Virus record (IMG/VR): IMGVR_UViG_3300024273_002067 | Source: a virus | Taxonomy: Duplodnaviria > Heunggongvirae > Uroviricota > Caudoviricetes | Reading direction: 5' to 3' (one strand) | DNA length: 64,000 bases | Part shown: one piece after another, positions 57,807 to 64,000 of the stretch | How the letters are laid out: every line of letters starts with the position of its first letter | How positions within the stretch are numbered: position 1 is the stretch's first letter | The notes under the pieces: model-generated | Seen by the model: only the letters and a program-made list of their open reading frames with translations | Database searches by the model: none | What the model was told of the DNA's origin: nothing | Program-made: the position numbers and the translations under genes

Positions 57807-58922
57807 TCACTTAATAAAGTGCTCTCTAAATGACCTGTAAATCCCAGGAACGCCTTCTTGTTTGTTGCCTTTAATATTGTCTAAACTACTTCTAATTGAC
57901 TCGTCAACTTCGTATGATTTAGGTATTTCAATATTAATATACACAAACATGTCACCCACCACTTCTCTGCCATATACTGGTAGTCCTTTGCCAGATATTC
58001 TAAACACTTTACCCACATGTGAATTGGGGGGAATATTTATTTTTATATTACCGTAAGGGGTGTCTATTTCTAAATTTGGATTTCCGAATATAGCATCAAC
58101 AAGACTTATAGTTTTGTCTAAAACAATATCGTCACCTTCTATCAAGAACTTATCATGCTCTTTTTCAAACACATCAATCAATAAATCTCCACTATGACCG
58201 CCCTTAATAAAATCGCCTTTCCCCTTAATTGCAAAAGGCATATTAGACCTAGAGCCTTTAGGTATGTTTATATCAACTTCTTCTTGCTCATTGAAGTTGG
58301 AGCCCAAACCACCACAAGGCACACATCTTTCTTTTATTATAGTTCCTCCACCTTGACAATGATTACAATCTACCTCCTGCCTTATAACTCCCAACGGTGT
58401 AACTTGTTGCATAACAACACGACCTCTACCAGCGCAACTATTACAGGTCACATGACTATTGCCACCCTTTGAGCCTAAGCCATTACAACTTTTACATTTA
58501 GACTTTCTTTTTATAACAACTTTTTTATGAATTCCATTAACTATTTCTTCTACTGTTATGCCCAATTTAATCCTCAAGTTCCTTCCCTTTGATTTTTTAG
58601 GTGCACTATATGAATTTCTTGAACCACCAAAGAATTCTCCAAACAAATCATCCATAGATGGGTTACCGCCAAAACCACGATTATACTGTTGCCCATTATT
58701 TGCACCCATATGACCATGGGCATCATATTTTGACCTCTTATCACCATTACCTAATACGTCATAAGACTCTGAAATTTCTTTAAATTTTTCCTCAGCCTGT
58801 TTGTCGCCATGATTTTTGTCTGGGTGGTATTTTATAGCAAGCTTTCTATAAGATTTTTTAATCTCTACAGAAGTAGAAGACTTTGTTACTCCCAAAATTT
58901 TATAATAATCTAATTGTGACAT
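57807..58922 (-). CDS. dnaJ: Molecular chaperone DnaJ (full-length type I)
   Basis: J-domain HPD, G/F-rich region, four CxxCxGxG zinc repeats, C-terminal domains. Confidence 0.9.
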   Translation of the reverse strand: MSQLDYYKILGVTKSSTSVEIKKSYRKLAIKYHPDKNHGDKQAEEKFKEISESYDVLGNGDKRSKYDAHGHMGANNGQQYNRGFGGNPSMDDLFGEFFGGSRNSYSAPKKSKGRNLRIKLGITVEEIVNGIHKKVVIKRKSKCKSCNGLGSKGGNSHVTCNSCAGRGRVVMQQVTPLGVIRQEVDCNHCQGGGTIIKERCVPCGGLGSNFNEQEEVDINIPKGSRSNMPFAIKGKGDFIKGGHSGDLLIDVFEKEHDKFLIEGDDIVLDKTISLVDAIFGNPNLEIDTPYGNIKINIPPNSHVGKVFRISGKGLPVYGREVVGDMFVYINIEIPKSYEVDESIRSSLDNIKGNKQEGVPGIYRSFREHFIK

Positions 58923-58962
58923 TTAATAAATGTAGCACATAAATAAAAAAAATAAATAGATA

Positions 58963-59406
58963 TTAAGAGTTTCTTACCATTATAAACCTTGCTCTTGTTT
59001 TGTGTTTATCATTTGAATAAAAAAGGCTTTCAATTCTAAATGATGATTCTAAAATCTTACTAGAGTCAAAGTGACACAACGTAACCAAATCTGTACCATG
59101 CACCTCTGAAGATGTCCAGCAAGGTGGTAAAAAATTTAAAAAAGGATATTTATTATGTATAGAATTTCTATCAAGCCTCCATTGGCCAAAACCATATTCT
59201 ATCTCACATTCGTCACGAATTAATTTTAAAATATAATAACATTCATATTCAGTTGGAAGCCTCCACCCTTGTCCATATTTAGCACAATATACCTTAGCAT
59301 CTTGCCATCCCAAATTTAATTTATTTTCAGGAATTTTAATAGACAGATTATTGATATACAATCCATTTTCCAGTATTAAATGACGATTAAAATTATTGTT
59401 GTACAT
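58963..59406 (-). CDS. hypothetical protein with GWRLPT motif (DUF1566/FGE-like fragment?)
   Basis: Motif only. Confidence 0.3.
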   Translation of the reverse strand: MYNNNFNRHLILENGLYINNLSIKIPENKLNLGWQDAKVYCAKYGQGWRLPTEYECYYILKLIRDECEIEYGFGQWRLDRNSIHNKYPFLNFLPPCWTSSEVHGTDLVTLCHFDSSKILESSFRIESLFYSNDKHKTRARFIMVRNS

Positions 59407-59408
59407 AT

Positions 59409-59434
59409 AAAAAAGGCCTCGATTTCCCGAGGCC
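59409..59434 (-). terminator. Minus-strand rho-independent terminator (GGCCTCG-loop-CGAGGCC plus T-run on the minus strand)
   Basis: 7-bp GC-rich stem just downstream of the clpP stop. Confidence 0.55.
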
Positions 59435-59454
59435 TATATTGGTTATATTTAACT

Positions 59455-60207
59455 TTATTTCTTAGTTTTAGAAGAACCTTTCTTTGTTGGAGGCTCCAAA
59501 CCAACCACATGGTCAATAACACCATATTCTAAAGCTTCAACTGCTGTCATCCAATAATCTCTATCACAATCTGCATGTATAGTATCAAATTTTTGACCAG
59601 TGTGATGAGCTATAATGTCATACAATTCTTTCTTAAGCAAATTAATCTGAGTAGCAGTTATTTCAATGTCTGAAGCTTGTGATTGGCCAATACCACCCAA
59701 AGGCTGGTGTTGCATTGAGCGTGAGTGCTTTAGAGCATATCTTTTCCCCTTCTCTCCTGCAGTGAGCAAAACAAAAGCCATAGAAGCACACAACCCCATA
59801 TTATAAGTTCCCACACTTGGTTTTACAGCTTGCATAGTGTCATATATTCCAAGGCCAGCATATACAGAGCCACCAGGGCTATTAATGTACATTTTCACAT
59901 CTTTTTTAGCATCTACGGACTCAAGATATAAAAGTTGAGCGTTAATAACATTTGCAACTTGGTCTGTAACTGGCATTCCCATGTATATGATTCTATCCAT
60001 CATCAATCTAGAGAAAACATCCATAGCAACAGCATTCATCTGTCTTTCTTCAATAATGTTTGGCGTCATTCCTACTGGACTCGTTTCCAAAATAGAAACT
60101 GGATTGATTACGCTTCTCATTTGAAAGTTTTCATAATCGTGAAGAGTTAAACTAGATACTCCATGGTCTCTAGCAAACAGTCTAAAATCTTTCTTTATAT
60201 TATTCAT
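59455..60207 (-). CDS. clpP: ATP-dependent Clp protease proteolytic subunit ClpP (start re-called to MNNIKK)
   Basis: Ser GLCASMA and His MQHQPLGG motifs; the track ORF overlaps the upstream gene stop by 95 nt, and the ATG at 60207 lies 1 nt after its stop. Confidence 0.85.
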   Translation of the reverse strand: MNNIKKDFRLFARDHGVSSLTLHDYENFQMRSVINPVSILETSPVGMTPNIIEERQMNAVAMDVFSRLMMDRIIYMGMPVTDQVANVINAQLLYLESVDAKKDVKMYINSPGGSVYAGLGIYDTMQAVKPSVGTYNMGLCASMAFVLLTAGEKGKRYALKHSRSMQHQPLGGIGQSQASDIEITATQINLLKKELYDIIAHHTGQKFDTIHADCDRDYWMTAVEALEYGVIDHVVGLEPPTKKGSSKTKK

Positions 60208-60208
60208 A

Positions 60209-62293
60209 TTATTTTTTATTTTTTTTTGTGACAACTTTTTTAGCAACTTTTTTAACAACGACCTCATCAGATTTAGAGATGTAGTCAACAGACAATTTAT
60301 CACCCATTTTTATTTCACCTCTCAATACGGCTTGTGATGCTGGGTTTTGTATGTACTTAGTCACAGCTCTTATCACGGGTCTTGCACCAAATTCCTCACT
60401 GTAGCTCTCTTTTAATAAGAACTCTTTCATTCTTTTAGTTACAGTAAGTTCGTACTCTCCATTCTCATACATTCTTTTTGTTAAAGAATTTACGTGTATA
60501 TCTACAATTTTAGAAATGTCTTCTTCCTTTAAAGTATTAAAGACAACTTTCTCATCAATTCTATTGATAAATTCTGGCCTGAACACTTTCTTTAGAGACT
60601 TTGCAATAACATCATTAACATTCATGTCATCAGTTGTACCAGAATCAAAGCCAACAGGAGTTACATCTAGCTCTTTAACTCCAATGTTAGAAGTCATTAT
60701 TATGATAGTATTTTTGAAGTTAATTTCTCTACCTAAACTATCAGTCAACATTCCTTCATCTAGTATTTGCAACAAAACATTACTAACATCTCTATGAGCC
60801 TTTTCTATTTCATCAAAAAGAATAACGCTATAAGGATTGTTTTTGACAGCGTCTGCCAACTGACCACCTTCGTCATGACCAACATACCCAGGAGGTGAAC
60901 CTATCATTCTAGAAACCGAATGAGGCTCCATATATTCTGACATATCTAACCTAATTAAAGACTCATCATTACCAAACATATATTCAGCCAAAGCTTTAGT
61001 TAATTCAGTTTTACCTACACCAGTTCTTCCCAAAAACAAAAATGATGCAATAGGTCTATTTGGATTGTGAAATCCTGCTGCAGAGCGTTGAACAGCTTCA
61101 GACACTTTCTGTACAGCCTCATCTTGGCCAATTACTCTAGCTTTAATTTCTTCAGGCATTTTTATCAACCTCAAACCTTCATCATCAGTAAGCTTTTTAA
61201 CGGGTATACCAGTCATTCTAGCGACAACTCTAGCTATCTCTTCAAGTAAAACATCAACTTTATTTTCTTTACTATCCCTGTCCCAGCTAAACTTATCCAA
61301 TTCTAATTGCTTCTCCATCTTTCTAATGGCATCTCTTGATTCCGCTGCCATTTCAAACTCTTGCTTTTTAATGTGTGAAGACTTAAGTTCTACTTGAGAC
61401 TCTATATCTCTTTCTAGTTTAAGAATTTCTTCAGGAACATTTATATTGTCTATGTGAACTCTAGAGCCAACTTCGTCCATGATGTCTATTGCCTTATCGG
61501 GAAACTGCCTTTCTGTAATATACCTTTCAGCATATGTTATACAAGCATCTATAGCCTCTTCATTAAAAGAAACGTTGTGAAAGTTTTCATAGTGTTGCTT
61601 TATATTCATAAGAATTTCCTTAGTCTCCTCAGTAGTTGGAGGAGCAACCTTGACCTTTTGAAACCTTCTTTCTAAAGCCCCATCTTTTTCAATAGTCTTC
61701 TTGTACTCATCTATAGTGGTTGCCCCAATACACTGAATAGCACCCCTAGATAGAGCTGGCTTAATCATGTTTGCAACATCTAATGAACCTTGAGCATTAC
61801 CAGTCCCTATTATAGTATGTATTTCGTCAATAAAAACAATTACATCTTGATTCTCTTCTAACTCCTCTATTATGGCCTTCATTCTTTCTTCAAATTGACC
61901 TCTATACTTTGTGCCAGCAACAATAGATGACATCTCTAGTTCAACTATTCTTTTATCATGCAAAATTCTGCTAACTTCTTTATTTACAATTTTCATTGCT
62001 ATACCCTCAGCTATCGCCGTCTTACCAACTCCTGGGTCTCCTATTAATACAGGATTATTCTTTTTTCTTCGACTCAATATTTGTATTAATCTATCAATCT
62101 CTTCCTCCCTTCCTATAACAGGGTCTAGCTGATTATTCATGGCTAATAGCGTTATATCTTTACCAAAAGAATCTAGCGCTGGTGTCTTTGATTCCTTTCC
62201 ATCTTTTCTTTTAATTCTCTTTCCATCATTAGGCTCTTTCCTTCCACCCAATGATTCAAATTCACTTTCATCTGAAGACATATTGATATTCAT
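60209..62293 (-). CDS. Clp/Hsp100 double-AAA+ unfoldase (ClpC/ClpA-like, no N-domain)
   Basis: Two Walker A motifs (GDPGVGKTA and GRTGVGKTE), Clp signature regions, arginine fingers. Confidence 0.85.
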   Translation of the reverse strand: MNINMSSDESEFESLGGRKEPNDGKRIKRKDGKESKTPALDSFGKDITLLAMNNQLDPVIGREEEIDRLIQILSRRKKNNPVLIGDPGVGKTAIAEGIAMKIVNKEVSRILHDKRIVELEMSSIVAGTKYRGQFEERMKAIIEELEENQDVIVFIDEIHTIIGTGNAQGSLDVANMIKPALSRGAIQCIGATTIDEYKKTIEKDGALERRFQKVKVAPPTTEETKEILMNIKQHYENFHNVSFNEEAIDACITYAERYITERQFPDKAIDIMDEVGSRVHIDNINVPEEILKLERDIESQVELKSSHIKKQEFEMAAESRDAIRKMEKQLELDKFSWDRDSKENKVDVLLEEIARVVARMTGIPVKKLTDDEGLRLIKMPEEIKARVIGQDEAVQKVSEAVQRSAAGFHNPNRPIASFLFLGRTGVGKTELTKALAEYMFGNDESLIRLDMSEYMEPHSVSRMIGSPPGYVGHDEGGQLADAVKNNPYSVILFDEIEKAHRDVSNVLLQILDEGMLTDSLGREINFKNTIIIMTSNIGVKELDVTPVGFDSGTTDDMNVNDVIAKSLKKVFRPEFINRIDEKVVFNTLKEEDISKIVDIHVNSLTKRMYENGEYELTVTKRMKEFLLKESYSEEFGARPVIRAVTKYIQNPASQAVLRGEIKMGDKLSVDYISKSDEVVVKKVAKKVVTKKNKK

Positions 62294-62379
62294 GTTTATT
62301 TAATTTTAAATTGTTTTTATTATAAATAATATTTGTTCTGTAAAATTAACTATTAATTTCAATTAAACAAATTATAAAT

Positions 62380-62709
62380 TTAATTTTTTAATGCAATAAT
62401 CCATTCTTTTATTCTTTCATTATCTACTGGGAACTTTAGGGCAAACTCATCTTTAGAGCTAAATCCCACAAAGCCAGAAGCTTTGAATTTAAAACCTAGT
62501 ATGTTAGAGTAGTTTGCAACTATTTCTGTTCCTTCTTTATTTATAAAATCTACCTCAAATGTTCTTGGATTTTTTAAGTCACCCGTTATGTGGTATATAG
62601 ATTTTATTAATTTTGAATCACCTCTAAATTTTCTAAATATATATTTAGAATCATATTTAGTCAAATAAATTCTACCAAGCTCATCTTTTATTTCAATTGG
62701 GCTATTCAT
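62380..62709 (-). CDS. hypothetical protein
   Basis: ORF. Confidence 0.4.
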   Translation of the reverse strand: MNSPIEIKDELGRIYLTKYDSKYIFRKFRGDSKLIKSIYHITGDLKNPRTFEVDFINKEGTEIVANYSNILGFKFKASGFVGFSSKDEFALKFPVDNERIKEWIIALKN

Positions 62710-62774
62710 AATGTAAATATAATGATTTTTTATGATTTTTAAACACTATTTACAAATATAGTAATCAATAATTT

Positions 62775-63209
62775 ATGAAAAAAAAAATTGGTGCAGGAAT
62801 ATTTGCGATTGACAAAAATAGTGGAAAAATATTATTATGCCAAAGAGGTTTAGACACCTCTTTCTCTGAAATGTGGGCTGTATTTGGAGGTACCTTTGAA
62901 GAAAAGGACGGGACACCAAAACAAACTGCAAAAAGAGAATTTTTTGAAGAGACTGGATGTGTTGTTGATTATAAAATATCTAGAGAGCCTTTTTTTTTGA
63001 ATTCCAATAGATTTATAGACTTTTATACATATTTAGGAGTATTTGACGGGCAGCCAGAAATAAGAATAAATGAAGAGAGTCTTAGCTATGGGTGGTTTCA
63101 CATAGACAATTTGCCAACAAACATAATACCTGGTATGGGAGAAATGCTTGATGACAAAATGCCTGAAATTAAACGATTAATAAATACTATGTCTAACTCT
63201 AATTATTGA
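62775..63209 (+). CDS. Nudix hydrolase
   Basis: Nudix box GGTFEE...REFFEETG. Confidence 0.75.
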   Translation: MKKKIGAGIFAIDKNSGKILLCQRGLDTSFSEMWAVFGGTFEEKDGTPKQTAKREFFEETGCVVDYKISREPFFLNSNRFIDFYTYLGVFDGQPEIRINEESLSYGWFHIDNLPTNIIPGMGEMLDDKMPEIKRLINTMSNSNY

Positions 63210-64000
63210 ATGCATTTTTAAGTATATGCTTTATTACAGAGACGGTAAATCCATTACCTATCATTCTATACCTTTCAGTTCTGGATACATTTTTCACATT
63301 TGTGTAACCATCTGGTAAGCATTGTAACCTTTCGCATTCAACTATAGTTAATTTTCTAAATCCTTTTTGATTAAATTCTAAAGCCTTTTTTCCTCTAGCA
63401 TCTAGTTGCAAACTTTTCTTTTCTCCAGAAAATTTATACATTTTTTCTGTACCTTTTACAAACTTATCCATAAAAACTTCTTCACCCTCTTTTAGTGATG
63501 ATTTTTCTACTTTTTTACTTTTAAAAACTATTTGTCTTTTACTTTTTTTAACATACATATCAAAATTTGAACCTTTAAAATAGTTTGCATCTATACAATA
63601 GGACTTTTCCTTGTTTGTATATCCATTTTCTAAAACGTCTTTTAACTTTTTTCCCTCATCTTTAGGTTGAGGCACAACTATGCTAGTCCAATAAAGCCTA
63701 TTTCTCTTTTGGGCAGATAATTTTTCAGAATTTATATTTACATAAGGAGTTCCCATAGCTCTGGATATTGCTGTTTTACTATCTAAACTCATGCTCGCCA
63801 CATTCTCTAAGACAAAGTGTTTTGGATTTAACTTCTCTTTAGCTTCTATATAATTCCAAAACAAACCACTCCTTTCGCCATCCAAGCCTTTTCTGTTACT
63901 TTTGGCTATACTCAAGTCTTGACATGGTGAACCTCCAATAAGCAAATCTACCTTTCCATCACAAATGTCTAATATCTTTTTGTAGTCTAAAGATTTTACA
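63199..64000 (-). CDS. DNA cytosine-5 methyltransferase, partial (N-terminus beyond the window end)
   Basis: Motif IV DLLIGGSPCQDLS, ENV motif VI; the reading frame stays open upstream of the track's TTG start up to position 64000. Confidence 0.75.
   Translation of the reverse strand, partial: VKSLDYKKILDICDGKVDLLIGGSPCQDLSIAKSNRKGLDGERSGLFWNYIEAKEKLNPKHFVLENVASMSLDSKTAISRAMGTPYVNINSEKLSAQKRNRLYWTSIVVPQPKDEGKKLKDVLENGYTNKEKSYCIDANYFKGSNFDMYVKKSKRQIVFKSKKVEKSSLKEGEEVFMDKFVKGTEKMYKFSGEKKSLQLDARGKKALEFNQKGFRKLTIVECERLQCLPDGYTNVKNVSRTERYRMIGNGFTVSVIKHILKNAFNN

Noticed and set aside
58963-59406. Formylglycine-generating enzyme call from the GWRLPT motif
   Set aside because: It is a single short motif in a 147-aa protein. 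FGE domains are far longer, and the match fits a DUF1566-like fragment equally well.
60209-60303. Apparent 95-nt overlap between the clpP and clpC-like ORFs
   Set aside because: The overlap comes from taking the longest ORF. An ATG at 60207 (MNNIKK...) sits 1 nt past the clpC stop, precedes the conserved ClpP core and avoids the overlap.
63943-63945. TTG start of the C5-MTase in the track
   Set aside because: The reading frame stays open upstream to the window edge, and motif IV (DLLIGGSPCQ) spans the supposed start. The gene is truncated by the window, not initiated here.
1-64000. CRISPR arrays, tRNA or rRNA genes
   Set aside because: No regularly spaced direct repeats of 25-40 nt were seen. 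No GC-rich cloverleaf-like segments or GTTCGAATC/TTCGAAT T-loop signatures occur outside coding sequence. The few TTCGAA occurrences lie inside ORFs.

Overview
The window is AT-rich (roughly 30% GC by eye) and holds about 100 tightly packed protein-coding genes. Many neighbouring genes overlap at start/stop codons (ATGA or ATGAnTAA). Most genes are short and have no recognisable homologue.

A minority of genes have clear homologues:
- Nucleotide metabolism: ThyA with an insert, thymidine kinase, a GMP reductase-like protein, a Nudix hydrolase and a partial orphan C5 cytosine methyltransferase.
- DNA transactions: topoisomerase IA, SSB, RNase H, a DnaB-like ATPase, an ERI-1-like DEDDh exonuclease and an intein-containing PD-(D/E)XK nuclease.
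- Proteostasis: DnaJ, ClpP, a ClpC/ClpA-type ATPase, a second ClpP-like peptidase, a rhomboid protease, peptide deformylase and an AAA+ ATPase.
- Other: ribosomal protein bS21, a T5orf172 protein, a NADAR domain protein, a peptidoglycan glucosaminidase, a GH16 glycanase, an acyl-CoA dehydrogenase and thioesterase, and standalone RmlC.
- Two lysine-methyltransferase-like folds: a SET domain and a DOT1-like domain.

Several signals point to a Bacteroidota (Flavobacteriia-like) host context:
- TTTG / TAnnTTTG promoter boxes.
- A-rich start contexts without a Shine-Dalgarno sequence.
- A lipoprotein with a 'CTDPTANNYN' motif.
- Three proteins carrying type IX secretion (T9SS) C-terminal sorting domains.

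No ribosomal operons, tRNAs, rRNAs or CRISPR arrays were seen. Together with the density of small ORFan genes, this fits best with an early or auxiliary region of a large (jumbo) phage or phage-like element of a Bacteroidota host. A strongly reduced bacterial genome cannot be excluded from sequence alone. No virion structural genes were recognised.

The most unusual observations are:
- A tandem array of seven unrelated mini-genes joined by six copies of a ~30-nt conserved stop/start junction (118-1622).
- A complete virus-encoded Clp machine (ClpP, ClpC-like, DnaJ) plus a second ClpP-like peptidase.
- Three proteins sharing an N-terminal 'hREVhSEIh..GG' motif that looks like a capsid-targeting propeptide.
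- A LAGLIDADG intein inserted at the catalytic lysine of a PD-(D/E)XK nuclease.
- SET and DOT1-like methyltransferases.
- NADAR, a 2H phosphoesterase, a TerD-like C-terminal domain, and a candidate structured RNA upstream of a strong terminator.

The ORF track uses GTG/TTG as start codons in places, so several starts were re-called to internal ATGs.
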